Shown here: positions 28,977 through 39,395 of the stretch, in pieces
Position numbering within the stretch: the stretch's first letter is position 1
Layout of the letters: each line of letters starts with the position of its first letter
NCBI RefSeq assembly: GCF_022014595.1
Contig: NZ_CP091740.1
Coordinates: forward strand, 1,536,200-1,600,199
Length of the DNA: 64,000 nucleotides
Origin: Solitalea lacus
GTDB lineage: Bacteria; Bacteroidota; Bacteroidia; Sphingobacteriales; Sphingobacteriaceae
Direction of reading: 5' to 3'
The notes under the pieces: model-generated
What the model was told of the DNA's origin: nothing
Seen by the model: only the letters and a program-made list of their open reading frames with translations
Databases searched by the model: none
Program-made: the position numbers and the translations under genes

Positions 28977-29663
28977 TTATTGCTTGATTTTATATCCTAT
29001 ACTTCTTACAGTTTCGAACCAATCTATAGGTGAATGCGCTTGTAATTTCTTTCTAAGGTTTTTAACATGTACATCCACGAAGTTCGAATCGCTGTTGATT
29101 TCCAAAATATCACCCCAAACATGTTCGGTAAGCTGTAAGCGAGAAATTACTCTGTTTTTGTTCAGCATTAGGAAATTAAGAATGTCAAATTCTTTTTTGG
29201 TAAGGTTTAGTTTTATATTATTAAAGCTTACTTCTCTGTTTTGAATATCAATGACGAAACCGTGCAAATCCACCTCGTTTTTCACAAGCCGATGTTTGCG
29301 TCGTAGGATGGCATACATACGAGAATGTAACTCTGAAAGGTCAAACGGTTTACTTAGGTAATCATCTGCACCTAAGTCAAGGCCTTTTATTTTATCTTCA
29401 GTTGCCCCTCTGGCAGTTAACACAATCACCGCGTCTTCGCGATTAGGTAATTGTCGGAATTCTTTTAATAGTTCCAAACCGTCTCCATCAGGCAGTCCCA
29501 AATCGAGTAAAATAAAGTCATAAGTGTTAACAAACAACTTTTGAACTGCCTCTTTTTTAGTATATGCCAAATCGCACAAAAAGCCTTCTTGCTTCAGAAA
29601 TTTGGCTATTTCATCTGATAAGCTATAACGGTCTTCAAGAATCAAAACATTCATAAGAACCAA
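28977..29663 (-). CDS. OmpR-family response regulator (REC + winged-helix)
   Basis: DFILLDLGLPDGDG receiver motif. C-terminal ...VWG....SN.VDVH...LRKKL winged helix. Confidence 0.9.
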   Translation of the reverse strand: MVLMNVLILEDRYSLSDEIAKFLKQEGFLCDLAYTKKEAVQKLFVNTYDFILLDLGLPDGDGLELLKEFRQLPNREDAVIVLTARGATEDKIKGLDLGADDYLSKPFDLSELHSRMYAILRRKHRLVKNEVDLHGFVIDIQNREVSFNNIKLNLTKKEFDILNFLMLNKNRVISRLQLTEHVWGDILEINSDSNFVDVHVKNLRKKLQAHSPIDWFETVRSIGYKIKQ

Positions 29664-29727
29664 ATTAAGATTTTGAAGTAATAAGTACTAAATGATTTTA
29701 TCTTTAAGGTTTTTGCAGTGTTTGTTG

Positions 29728-30915
29728 TTAGATCGAAAATTCTATACTTTCCAAAATAATGCGGCAAGCCTCCTTAATTTGTTCTTCAGTTATGATAAGG
29801 GGAGGGGCTATGCGCATTGAGTTGCTGCAATGTAAAAACCAGTCGGTAAGTACCCCATTCTCAATACATTTATCAATTATTTTTTTGTTGATTTCGAAGT
29901 TTTCAAATTCAATGGTAAACATTAAACCCATCCCTCTGAAGTCTAGGATTGCAGGATGCTTTAGAAGACTTTTAAATAACTGATGTTTGGCTTCCACTTG
30001 TTCAATCAATTCGCTTTTTAATAAAGCTTCAAAACCGGCTAAGCCAGCGGCACAGCTTACCGGATGCCCGCCAAAAGTTGTAACATGGCCAAGGATTGGA
30101 TCAGTTTTTAAGCTCGACATAATCTCTGATGATGAAACAAAAGCCCCAATTGGCATTCCTGCTCCTAAAGCTTTGGCCAATAACAATACATCAGGAATAA
30201 TTCCAAAATGTTCAAAGGCAAACAGTTTGCCCGTTCGACCCATTCCGGCTTGTATCTCGTCTAAAATAAGTAACGTGCCCGTTTCGGTACAGCGTTTTCG
30301 TAAAGCTAGCATATATTCTTTAGAAGGAACACGCACACCGGCTTCTCCCTGAATAGTTTCAATTATTACACATGCTGTTTTTGGAGTGATTAAAGCTAAG
30401 TCGGGTAAGTGGTTGAAGTTAACGAAGCGAATGTCCGGCAATAATGGTCTGAACGCATACTTATAGTCTTCATTGCCCATTACACTCAATGCTCCGTTGG
30501 TACTACCATGGTAAGAATTTTTACAGGCAATAATTTCAGTGCGGCCCGTAAAGCGTTTGGCCAGTTTTAATGCACCTTCGGTCGCTTCAGCGCCTGAGTT
30601 AACAAAATAAACTGATTGTAATTGCTCGGGTAGGTGAGTTGCAAGTTTTTCAGCAAACAATGTTTGTGGGGCTTGAATATACTCACCATATACCATTTGA
30701 TGCATGTATGTTTCGGCTTGTTTTTTAATGGCCTCAACTACTTCAGGATGACAATGTCCAATATTGCTAACTCCAATGCCGGAGATTAAATCGATTGAAG
30801 GTTTATTATCCTTATCGTATAGGTAAATCCCTTCTGCTCGCGTAAATTCTAGCATTAAGGGGAAATTGGTAGTTTGTGCGTTATATTGAAGAAATAACTG
30901 TCGTAATGGAATCAT
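29728..30915 (-). CDS. Class-III (acetylornithine/ornithine-type) PLP-dependent aminotransferase
   Basis: LILDEIQAGMGRTGKLFA PLP-lysine region. GHVTTFGGHPV near the C-terminus. Confidence 0.8.
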   Translation of the reverse strand: MIPLRQLFLQYNAQTTNFPLMLEFTRAEGIYLYDKDNKPSIDLISGIGVSNIGHCHPEVVEAIKKQAETYMHQMVYGEYIQAPQTLFAEKLATHLPEQLQSVYFVNSGAEATEGALKLAKRFTGRTEIIACKNSYHGSTNGALSVMGNEDYKYAFRPLLPDIRFVNFNHLPDLALITPKTACVIIETIQGEAGVRVPSKEYMLALRKRCTETGTLLILDEIQAGMGRTGKLFAFEHFGIIPDVLLLAKALGAGMPIGAFVSSSEIMSSLKTDPILGHVTTFGGHPVSCAAGLAGFEALLKSELIEQVEAKHQLFKSLLKHPAILDFRGMGLMFTIEFENFEINKKIIDKCIENGVLTDWFLHCSNSMRIAPPLIITEEQIKEACRIILESIEFSI

Positions 30916-30990
30916 GTTGCAAAATTGGGGAATTTTTTACAGCCACGCACTTGGTTTATGTAATATTAAATAAAAACGAATGAATTGAAT

Positions 30991-31031
30991 TCATAATTCA
31001 AAAAAAACGAGCCTGGATTTTAGTCCCGGCT
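30991..31031 (-). terminator. Rho-independent terminator after the flotillin gene (minus strand)
   Basis: On the minus strand: gagccggga-ctaaaa-tccaggctc stem (9 bp, one mismatch) followed by T8. Confidence 0.45.
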
Positions 31032-31048
31032 CGATAAAGTATTATGAG

Positions 31049-32953
31049 TTAATCACGCTTATCTGTTTTAAACTTTATTTCAGGCTTAGCCTCACTACCT
31101 CCTTTTCGGGCCAATTCATCCATTAGTTTCAATCCCAATAATCCACTAATTGAACTATTAGTATTATCAACACCTCCAGAAATCAATATATCAGGAATAA
31201 TTTTGATGCGGTCTTTGCCAATTGTTTCAGCGATCTTATATTGTGTAAAGTTATCGCCACCCATTGCGCTTACAGCCAGTTTGTATGATTCGGCTGATGA
31301 CTTGCCGATTGCCAAAATTTTCTCTGCCTCTGCATTACCGGTTTTTGAGATCTTTTCCGCTTCGGCGGATGCAAGCATCTTTGTTTTTTCCGCTTCAGCA
31401 CTTGCCAACACTTTTACCCGTTCTGCCTCAGCGGTAGATTGTAGTTTTACACTTGCTGCCTCGCCAGTTGCTTTTTCAACAGAAGCATCAGCGACGCGTT
31501 TTGCAATCAATACACCTTGATCTGCCTTCACAATGTCCTTTTGAATCTCTGCCAATGCAGTTTCTTTCTCCAAAAGCTGGCGAGTTTCTTGCGCTTGTTT
31601 CTGTGTTTCAAAAGTTACTTTTTGTTCTTCAGCAATTTTACGATCGGTTAAGGTTTTCATTAATGATTCTGGAGGAACAATATCACCGATCAATGTATCA
31701 ACACCGTTTACGTTATATTGATCCAAAACTTGCCTGATGTGTTCTTTCGCTGATTGCTGACGCTCTTTACGAGTCCCCAGAAAAGCAATTACATCTGAAT
31801 CTTGTGCCGAATTACGGAAATAGTTACCAATTGTAGGTTCTAAAACCTGACTAACAAGGTTAGTCATGTTACCAAATCGTGCAATTACTTTTGGTGCTTC
31901 GTTTGTTGGGATATGGATGATTTGTGAAACGTCCAAATTGAAAGGGAAGCCATCTTTTGAACGAACCGTTATGGTTGACAGGTTTTTATCTAATTGGTGC
32001 GATTCGCTTCTTGCACTTGCCCAATTTAATACAAGGTTGGTAGTAGGTACCAATTCAACACGCATGATGTAATTATTAATCGGATATTTTCCTGGTCCGT
32101 AAGCTTCGGCCCAAACCCCTTTATAGCCTTTTGCAACAATGTTTCCATGTTTAAACTCGCTTCCGCTTAAATCTTCTCCATCTTGTCCCACATAAGAAAT
32201 AACTACACCTACATGTCCGATCGGGATTTCGGTCATTTTAGTTTCTTCGACTTGTGCAAACCATGGATTCAAATAATAAGAACCCGCCAACATTACCTGA
32301 GGCTGTAAGCCTTTATTTCCCCCAGCTTCTAAAAATGCATCAGCATTTTGGAACATGTTATGCCCATTAATTTCTTTACCGGCTATATTTCCCGGAGTTA
32401 ATGATTCACCATCTAGTGTAGTTACAATACCAACCATGTTTTCGTTGATAACCGTCATGTCTGTAAACTGAATTTCGAAGAGGTTGGTGTTTATACGATA
32501 AATACCTGTTGTAATGAATTGTGATTGACGGCCTTTTCTTCCACCATTGACAAGGAACTTCTCTGCATCCTGAAAGGAATCACAGTCCACTTTTCGTCCA
32601 AGGATACGACCGCTTTCAAGTTCGGCACCGTCCTTAGCATTGATCAGCCCGATTTTTCCCTGAGGAATTACGGTAAGGCCTTCAAGTTTTATTTCATATT
32701 GCCATAGCCAGTAGCCGAAATGAATTCCCGGCGGTAAAGGTTTAGCCTGGAATCCAGCTTCACCTTTTGTGGCTATAATTCTTCCTTCTGGTAAATTTTT
32801 ATTTGGTCCGAAAAGAACAAATTTCTTAGTTACTAATCCAATTTTGTCTTCCGGAACAAATACAATTCCGAAGAAAACTCTGAAGATCATTTTATAAAAA
32901 ACGATCATAACGATGGGAATAAGCACCCACCAAAAGCTTAATAAATTGCTCAT
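31049..32953 (-). CDS. SPFH/Band-7 flotillin-like protein (YqiK-like)
   Basis: N-terminal TM, SPFH domain, and a long Ala/Glu/Lys-rich coiled coil with repeated ASAEAEK units. Confidence 0.85.
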   Translation of the reverse strand: MSNLLSFWWVLIPIVMIVFYKMIFRVFFGIVFVPEDKIGLVTKKFVLFGPNKNLPEGRIIATKGEAGFQAKPLPPGIHFGYWLWQYEIKLEGLTVIPQGKIGLINAKDGAELESGRILGRKVDCDSFQDAEKFLVNGGRKGRQSQFITTGIYRINTNLFEIQFTDMTVINENMVGIVTTLDGESLTPGNIAGKEINGHNMFQNADAFLEAGGNKGLQPQVMLAGSYYLNPWFAQVEETKMTEIPIGHVGVVISYVGQDGEDLSGSEFKHGNIVAKGYKGVWAEAYGPGKYPINNYIMRVELVPTTNLVLNWASARSESHQLDKNLSTITVRSKDGFPFNLDVSQIIHIPTNEAPKVIARFGNMTNLVSQVLEPTIGNYFRNSAQDSDVIAFLGTRKERQQSAKEHIRQVLDQYNVNGVDTLIGDIVPPESLMKTLTDRKIAEEQKVTFETQKQAQETRQLLEKETALAEIQKDIVKADQGVLIAKRVADASVEKATGEAASVKLQSTAEAERVKVLASAEAEKTKMLASAEAEKISKTGNAEAEKILAIGKSSAESYKLAVSAMGGDNFTQYKIAETIGKDRIKIIPDILISGGVDNTNSSISGLLGLKLMDELARKGGSEAKPEIKFKTDKRD

Positions 32954-33127
32954 GTTTAAAGTATAAGATGATTAAGTTAAAATTGAGGTGATGAGGAGGT
33001 AGTTGACTACATTTTCGATTGCAATAATTTCTGAGCAATTTTAAGCAATTGAACAATAATGGCAATTGAAATTTGTTAACATTGTGTTAGGAATTGAGGG
33101 CCATTTTTCAATTGATTATTTTGCAAT

Positions 33128-34027
33128 ATGATTACTACTTTACAAGAGAAAGAAACAGCTGGATTTACTTGGATCGATGTAGAAAACCCAACTGCCGAAG
33201 AATTAAACGATATAGCCTTAAAATATAATTTACATTCTAGTTCCGTACAAGATTGCCTTGATCCTGAACATTTGCCAAAGTATGAGCAGATTGACGAGGT
33301 AGTATTTATTATTGCTAGGGTTTTTGATGACAATGCAAATGATAATGAATTGAGTATTAATTGGTTAACTCGTAAGGTGGCCATTTTCTCAGCTGATGGT
33401 CTTGTTATTACCATACATCGTTCTCCACAGCCATTTTTAATTAGTTTGCAAAAGAAATGTATTAAGATGAAAAAGGCCCCCGGAAGATTTCAATTGCTTG
33501 CCCTGATTATGGATGAAGTCCTCCTATCATATGAAAGTCCAATTAGGAGAATTGGTGAATTAATGGATTTTTATGAGGAGAGAATGTTCTTGAAAACCAA
33601 GTTGCCTAAACTCTTGCAGCACTTTTATCAGTTAAAACGAAAAGCAAATGTCTTAAAACGAACTATTTTTTTGTCCAAAGATATTCTTTATAAACTTTCA
33701 GAGAACCTTAAAGGGCCAATTATGCAGGATTTAAAGGATACTTATGTTGAAATAGAAACTAATCTCGATCAGCAGATTGATTCAGCCAACAATTTAATGA
33801 ACGTTTACATCTCGTTATCTTCTCAACGCACAAATGAGGTTATGCGTGTGTTAACTATTTTTTCAGTGTTTTTTATGCCGCTTACCTTTATTGTAGGTGT
33901 ATATGGTATGAATTTCGAGTTTATGCCTGAGCTTAAAGCACGATATGGTTACCTTTTAATTTGGTTGGTAATGATAGCGGTATCCATAGTCGTTTTCTTT
34001 TGGTTTAAACGAAAGCGGTGGCTTTAG
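33128..34027 (+). CDS. corA: CorA-family Mg2+/Co2+ transporter
   Basis: C-terminal two TMs with the YGMNFEFMPE (GMN) signature. Confidence 0.85.
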   Translation: MITTLQEKETAGFTWIDVENPTAEELNDIALKYNLHSSSVQDCLDPEHLPKYEQIDEVVFIIARVFDDNANDNELSINWLTRKVAIFSADGLVITIHRSPQPFLISLQKKCIKMKKAPGRFQLLALIMDEVLLSYESPIRRIGELMDFYEERMFLKTKLPKLLQHFYQLKRKANVLKRTIFLSKDILYKLSENLKGPIMQDLKDTYVEIETNLDQQIDSANNLMNVYISLSSQRTNEVMRVLTIFSVFFMPLTFIVGVYGMNFEFMPELKARYGYLLIWLVMIAVSIVVFFWFKRKRWL

Positions 34028-34524
34028 TCTTGACCAGGTGTTTGCTCACTACGTAATCGTTTTAGTAATTCACGTTTAAATTGCTCTTGAGCCATATATA
34101 AAAGTGCGACTTTTTTTAACGGAATAACTTTCTTAAAGCGATCGTAATATTTTCGTTCAACATCAAGTTCTTTCTGTTTAATGGAAAAATCATTGAGAAT
34201 TAAGTCCTCAATTTCTTTGTCGGAAAGAGTTTCAGCTTGCATGCGAGCAACAACCATTTTTTGACGACGCTCTTTTAAAAGTCTTTGCTTTTCTGCATCA
34301 TATTCGTTGTAAACCGGCCAAAAAAGCTTGCCCTCTTCCACTGTTAACCCCACTTTTGTAGTAATTATGGAAACCTTAAGCGCTTCAATATCAGCTTTGC
34401 GTTGGTTAAAGTTTTGTGCTCTTAATATCGAAGGTATAGAAAGTAAAAAAACGAGAGATAAAATAGATACACCAAAAGTTTTCTTCATCTGATTATAATT
34501 CTTGCAATAAAAGTTCTTCGTCAA
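34024..34524 (-). CDS. Hypothetical periplasmic helical protein (signal peptide)
   Basis: Signal peptide MKKTFGVSILSLVFLLSIPSILRAQ. Charged helical protein. Last gene of the ECF sigma/anti-sigma cluster. Confidence 0.45.
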   Translation of the reverse strand: MTKNFYCKNYNQMKKTFGVSILSLVFLLSIPSILRAQNFNQRKADIEALKVSIITTKVGLTVEEGKLFWPVYNEYDAEKQRLLKERRQKMVVARMQAETLSDKEIEDLILNDFSIKQKELDVERKYYDRFKKVIPLKKVALLYMAQEQFKRELLKRLRSEQTPGQD

Positions 34525-35170
34525 TATTATTTAAAATATAGTTTTCGAGTTTACCCGTTTTTTCAGGTTCGGAAACTTCATTCGGTTTAGGCTTGTTTAT
34601 CACTTCTTCAATCAGCATTGATTCGTCAAAATAGTTTAGATCGAAGTTATGATTGTCAATTTTTACAACATTGACAGAGCTATTCATTTGCCTGTCAATG
34701 CGGCTGGTTTGATAAACGTTATATCCAAACCAGGTACATAATAATGCAAAGCAAGCTGCCATGGTTAAACGATAAAATCGCTTAATAAACGTGTTGTTTG
34801 CATTTTTGAGTTCATTAAGTGCAATATCGGAGAAGATTTTTTCTTCTACTGTAGTAGATAATGTATCAAAGTACCCTTCTGGAATAGTAAATGGAAGATG
34901 ATTATTTGGAGAAGGGATGGATAAATCTATTGAATCTTCTTCTGCTCCTAATTGAGTATGTATTTTTTTAGAAAGAGAACTGAAGTAGTTATCAGGTGTT
35001 ATAAAAGGGTTTTTATTATCAAGACCCGGAATTGAAAGTGAGGGTTCTTCCTCAAGCCGAATTCTTTCCATAATACGTCCTTGTAAAGAATTAAAGTAAT
35101 TCTCTGGTACTGTATATGGCGATGACTGCTCTGGTTTAGGGATAATATTTTCTAGATCGTTATTCTCCAC
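34493..35170 (-). CDS. Putative anti-sigma factor (single TM) with internal Y-F repeats
   Basis: Sits immediately downstream of the ECF sigma gene. One TM (LTMAACFALLCTWFGYNVY). Repeated motif ENYFNSLQGRI / PDNYFSSLSKKI / PEGYFDTLSTTVEEKI. Confidence 0.45.
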   Translation of the reverse strand: MENNDLENIIPKPEQSSPYTVPENYFNSLQGRIMERIRLEEEPSLSIPGLDNKNPFITPDNYFSSLSKKIHTQLGAEEDSIDLSIPSPNNHLPFTIPEGYFDTLSTTVEEKIFSDIALNELKNANNTFIKRFYRLTMAACFALLCTWFGYNVYQTSRIDRQMNSSVNVVKIDNHNFDLNYFDESMLIEEVINKPKPNEVSEPEKTGKLENYILNNIDEELLLQEL

Positions 35171-35251
35171 CTCAAATCCTTTTAATATGATAGAATGATT
35201 AAGTAGTAAAAGGTTTAATATTTAAATTAAAAAAACTTAATAATGATTGTG

Positions 35252-35815
35252 TTATTCATTTTGCTTAAAGTATTCTTCAATTTTTTTTACAGCATGATGG
35301 TACGAAGCTTTTAGAGCACCAACACTCGTGCCTAAAATTTCCGACATGTCCTCATATTTCATTTCATCAAAATATTTTATATTGAAAACAATGCGTTGTT
35401 TTTCAGGTAGGGTTAAAATTGCCCTTTGCAGTTTCATCTGGATATGATTGCCATCTACATAGATGCTATCGGTAAGTTTGTCAACCAAATAACCGGCATG
35501 GTCCTCAAAGTTTTCTGAGGCTCTCATCTTTTGTCGGTTTAAAAAGGTGATAGATTCGTTGGTAGCAATGCGGTACAGCCAGGTATAAAGCAGTGAATCT
35601 TCTCTAAAGTTGTCGAGATTTTTCCAAACCTTTATAAAGACTTCCTGAATAACATCATCGGCATCATCATGATCAATTACCAATCGACGGATATGCCAAT
35701 ACAGGCGTTTTTGATATTTTTCAATTAGCAGACTAAAAGCAAGGTTTCGCGTGGATTCACTGCGAAACCTTGTTAATAAGTCTTTGTCACTTATTTCTTC
35801 TTTCATGAAGTTCAA
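35252..35815 (-). CDS. ECF-subfamily RNA polymerase sigma-70 factor
   Basis: Region 2 (DVIQEVFIKVWKNL...LYRIATNESI) and region 4 (MSEILGTSVGALKASYHHAVKKI). Confidence 0.85.
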   Translation of the reverse strand: MNFMKEEISDKDLLTRFRSESTRNLAFSLLIEKYQKRLYWHIRRLVIDHDDADDVIQEVFIKVWKNLDNFREDSLLYTWLYRIATNESITFLNRQKMRASENFEDHAGYLVDKLTDSIYVDGNHIQMKLQRAILTLPEKQRIVFNIKYFDEMKYEDMSEILGTSVGALKASYHHAVKKIEEYFKQNE

Positions 35816-35896
35816 GAGTCGTTTGCTTGTGCCCTGCCTAAAATAATAAAATTTACGTAGTAAGCCAGCGTTTCGAAACTTGATTTAAAAGCAAAA

Positions 35897-36850
35897 TTAT
35901 TTACGGCTGATAGCTCTTTTTACAGCTTCAACAATGTTGTTTTTATCCAATCCGTATTTTGTCATTAACTGATCAGGAGTACCACTTTCGCCAAATGAAT
36001 CGTTCACAGCGATGTACTCCATTGGAACTGGTTTGTTTTTAACCAAGAGTTGAGCAATGCTGTCCCCTAATCCACCTAAACGATTATGCTCTTCGCAACT
36101 TACTACGCAGCCGGTTTTGGCTACTGATGCTAAGATTGCTGCATCGTCTAAAGGTTTAATGGTGTGGATATTTATAATTTCAGCATTGATACCCATCTCT
36201 GCCAACATTTCGCCAGCTTCAATAGCCGGCCATACCAAGTGTCCTGTTGCAAAGATGGTTACATCCGTACCTTCGTTTAACATAATAGCCTTACCAATCT
36301 CAAATTTTTGGTCAGCTGGAGTGAAGTTAGGGACAGTTGGACGGCCAAAACGCAAATAAACCGGACCGTGATGGTCAGCAATTGCAATTGTGGCTGCTTT
36401 GGTTTGGTTATAGTCACAAGGGTTGATGACAGTCATACCCGGTAACATTTTCATCAAACCGATATCTTCTAAAATCTGGTGAGTAGCACCATCTTCACCT
36501 AAAGTTAAGCCTGCGTGTGAAGCACAGATTTTAACATTTTTATCAGAATAAGCTACAGACTGACGGATTTGATCATAAACACGACCAGTTGAGAAATTTG
36601 CAAAAGTTCCGGTGAAAGGAATTTTGCCCCCTACAGTCATACCCGCAGCTAAACCGATCATATTAGCTTCTGCAATGCCAACCTGGAAGAAACGCTCAGG
36701 GAATTCTTTTTTGAACGCATCCATTTTCAATGAGCCGATCAAATCAGCACAAAGGGCAACAACATTAGGGTTAATTTTACCAAGTTCGGCCAAACCGGCA
36801 CCAAAACCTGAGCGAGTATCTTTTTTTTCAGTGAAAGTGTATTTTTTCAT
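35897..36850 (-). CDS. Transketolase, C-terminal (pyrimidine-binding) subunit
   Basis: MKKYTFTEKKDTRSGFGAGLAELG start at the internal Met; the ORF track begins at 36904. Transketolase Pyr and C-terminal domains. Confidence 0.85.
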   Translation of the reverse strand: MKKYTFTEKKDTRSGFGAGLAELGKINPNVVALCADLIGSLKMDAFKKEFPERFFQVGIAEANMIGLAAGMTVGGKIPFTGTFANFSTGRVYDQIRQSVAYSDKNVKICASHAGLTLGEDGATHQILEDIGLMKMLPGMTVINPCDYNQTKAATIAIADHHGPVYLRFGRPTVPNFTPADQKFEIGKAIMLNEGTDVTIFATGHLVWPAIEAGEMLAEMGINAEIINIHTIKPLDDAAILASVAKTGCVVSCEEHNRLGGLGDSIAQLLVKNKPVPMEYIAVNDSFGESGTPDQLMTKYGLDKNNIVEAVKRAISRK

Positions 36851-36945
36851 TAGTTGGGTCTTAATTTTAGTTGATGCTTTACCTTTACACAGTTGTTTTT
36901 GCAAGCATCATTTTTCAAATCTTCAAATTATAAAATTCTCCAATC

Positions 36946-37803
36946 TTAATAGTCGCCGCAATAATTGTAACCAATAGGCTCTTCTAATTGCGATAAAGCT
37001 TGAGCTAACTGTTCATCGTTAGGAGCAACTCCATGCCATTTATGTGAACCCATCATGAAATCAACGCCAAAGCCCATTTCTGTTTTCATCAAAATTACCA
37101 CTGGCTTACCTTTTCCGGTTTGAGTTTTAGCGTAGTTTAAGGTTTTAATAACCTCGTCCATTTTGTTGCCATCCATGTCAATTACTTCCCAGCCAAATGC
37201 TTCCCATTTAGCACGCAAGTTGCCCAATGAAAGAACCTGATCAGTAGAACCGTCAATTTGCTGACCGTTGACATCAATAGTTGCAATAATGTTATCTACT
37301 TTGTTGTGAGATGCATACATGGCCGCTTCCCAAATTTGGCCTTCTTGTAACTCCCCATCACCGTGCAAACTAAATACTAAGCTTTTATCGTTGTTTAGTT
37401 TTTTTGTTTGAGCAGCTCCCAGAGCAACCGAAAGTCCTTGACCTAAGGATCCTGAAGCCATGCGTACACCTGGCAAGCCTTCATGTGTTGTAGGGTGACC
37501 TTGTAAGCGGCTGTTCAATTTACGGAACGTGCTCAGCTCTTTTACAGGAAAGTATCCCGAACGTGCTAAAACACTGTAGAATACTGGAGAAATGTGTCCG
37601 TTTGAAAGGAAAAACACATCTTCGCCAATAGCATCCATGTTAAATTCAGGGTTATGGTTCATTACTTCGAAGTATAAAGCAACAAGGTAATCTGTACAAC
37701 CTAATGAACCTCCAGGGTGTCCGGAGTTTACGGCGTGAACCATACGTACAATGTCTCTTCGCACTTGCAAAGCAACCTTTTTTAACTTTTCTGTAGTTGG
37801 CAT
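36946..37803 (-). CDS. Transketolase, N-terminal (thiamine-diphosphate-binding) subunit
   Basis: GHPGGSLG, LSNGH and GSLGQGL motifs of the transketolase TPP domain. Confidence 0.85.
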   Translation of the reverse strand: MPTTEKLKKVALQVRRDIVRMVHAVNSGHPGGSLGCTDYLVALYFEVMNHNPEFNMDAIGEDVFFLSNGHISPVFYSVLARSGYFPVKELSTFRKLNSRLQGHPTTHEGLPGVRMASGSLGQGLSVALGAAQTKKLNNDKSLVFSLHGDGELQEGQIWEAAMYASHNKVDNIIATIDVNGQQIDGSTDQVLSLGNLRAKWEAFGWEVIDMDGNKMDEVIKTLNYAKTQTGKGKPVVILMKTEMGFGVDFMMGSHKWHGVAPNDEQLAQALSQLEEPIGYNYCGDY

Positions 37804-38046
37804 TTCTTGGGTTTTAATAGTTATATTGAAGAATATGAACGAATTATTTAAAGGCGCAAAATTAAATAATTATCTGGGCTTTAAAATGATGAAAAGTAAA
37901 TAATCGAATTATGAACCCTTATTTGGCGTTTATTTCTTTTCCTGAATAGAAATTCTGAGTGAGGCGATGTTAACAGCTTTTTCTAAGGCAAAAGAAGTCC
38001 TCTTCAATTATAAATATAAATGCCATTAATGTTGAATAATGCGTTC

Positions 38047-38691
38047 TTAATAACTAATGAGTTGTAACATGGCTCCATAATGAGCTGCGGCTCCTCCCAA
38101 TACAAAAAAGTGCCAAATGGTATGATTATAGGTTATTTTTTCGTTTCGGTAGAAATAAACACCGATGGTATACAAGACTCCTCCTAAGCCAAATAAGGAT
38201 AGAGTAGGGTTTGGAACAGTTTCAATCAAAGGTTGAATAATGAATAATCCCATCCATCCCAAGCAAACATAAACTATTGTGGATAGGAGAGTGTACTTAC
38301 CCGTAAAGAATATTTTAAGAAAAATGCCTGTAATAATGATTGTCCACATTGAGGTTAGAAACACACTACCTGTGTCGTTTTTTATGTATCGCATAATTAC
38401 AGGAACATAGGTGCCGCCAATTAATAAAAAGATGCAACAATGGTCCACAATTTGCCAAATACGCTTTCTTTCAGGCTGTCGTGTAGCATGATAAATGCTT
38501 GAAACGATAAACATTGTAATGAGCGCCATTACATAAAAGCTAATTGGCATAAACAGATGTGCCTTTAAGAACTTACATTCCCATAGCAAATAGATTCCTC
38601 CAATTGCAAAAAAAATGGCACCATAAACATGTGTGAGCGTATTTAATCGCTCATGTCTTTCTTCGTAAGAGGGGTAGGTAAAAAGATTCAT
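38047..38691 (-). CDS. Hemolysin-III / PAQR family membrane protein
   Basis: Seven TMs. N-terminal EERHERLNTLTHVYGAIFF typical of HlyIII/YqfA. Confidence 0.8.
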   Translation of the reverse strand: MNLFTYPSYEERHERLNTLTHVYGAIFFAIGGIYLLWECKFLKAHLFMPISFYVMALITMFIVSSIYHATRQPERKRIWQIVDHCCIFLLIGGTYVPVIMRYIKNDTGSVFLTSMWTIIITGIFLKIFFTGKYTLLSTIVYVCLGWMGLFIIQPLIETVPNPTLSLFGLGGVLYTIGVYFYRNEKITYNHTIWHFFVLGGAAAHYGAMLQLISY

Positions 38692-38778
38692 AAGCCGCGT
38701 TTTTGTTAGTTTAATTTACAAAAAACAGGCCATAAGAAAAAGTGGTTAATCTATTTTTAATTGATTTAGCCTAAGTTT

Positions 38779-39393
38779 TTATCGCAATAATTGATTGTTT
38801 TTGGCACGTTCAACCAACTGTAAAAAAAGGTCCCAAAGTTCTGTTGATCCTTGCTCAATGATGTTTAATTTGCGCATTGCCTGCTCAGCTTTCACTCCGG
38901 CTTCTGTCCAGCTTTGGCCACCGTTTACTGAATTTAGCAGGAATGGTGTGATGCGATCAATTGTATTGGCAAAAACCGATTCTTTGGTATTCCCAGCCTC
39001 AAATTCAAGCCATAGAGCACTAAATTCTTCCTTTTGTTCTGAAGGTAATAGCCCGAATAATTGTTCTGCTGAAATCTTTTCGTTTTCAAATTTGCCTATG
39101 TTAGCTTTTTCATCAAAAAGAAAGACATCGCCAGAATAAATTTCTACAAGATCATGTAGGGTAAGCATTTTGATAACTTTAAGTAAATCAATGTCTCGTT
39201 CCTTAGCATAATCAGCAAAAAGTAGGGTGATTAGAATAATTTGCCACGAGTGTTCGGCAGTATTTTCTCTTCGGCTACCATCTGCAATAAAGTTTCTACG
39301 GATTACTTGTTTAAGTTTGTCGGTCTCGAGGATAAAGTTAAGTTGTTGAGCAAGTCGACCGTTAACCTGCAAATCATTAATGAGTTGGTGCAT
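38779..39393 (-). CDS. HD-domain phosphohydrolase (YfbR-like)
   Basis: AEHSW...LTLHDLVEIYSGD HD motif. Confidence 0.75.
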   Translation of the reverse strand: MHQLINDLQVNGRLAQQLNFILETDKLKQVIRRNFIADGSRRENTAEHSWQIILITLLFADYAKERDIDLLKVIKMLTLHDLVEIYSGDVFLFDEKANIGKFENEKISAEQLFGLLPSEQKEEFSALWLEFEAGNTKESVFANTIDRITPFLLNSVNGGQSWTEAGVKAEQAMRKLNIIEQGSTELWDLFLQLVERAKNNQLLR

Positions 39394-39395
39394 AA

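Noticed and set aside
31203-31737. Ala-rich plus-strand ORFs within the flotillin gene
   Set aside because: They are the mirror image of the Ala/Glu/Lys coiled-coil repeats on the coding (minus) strand.
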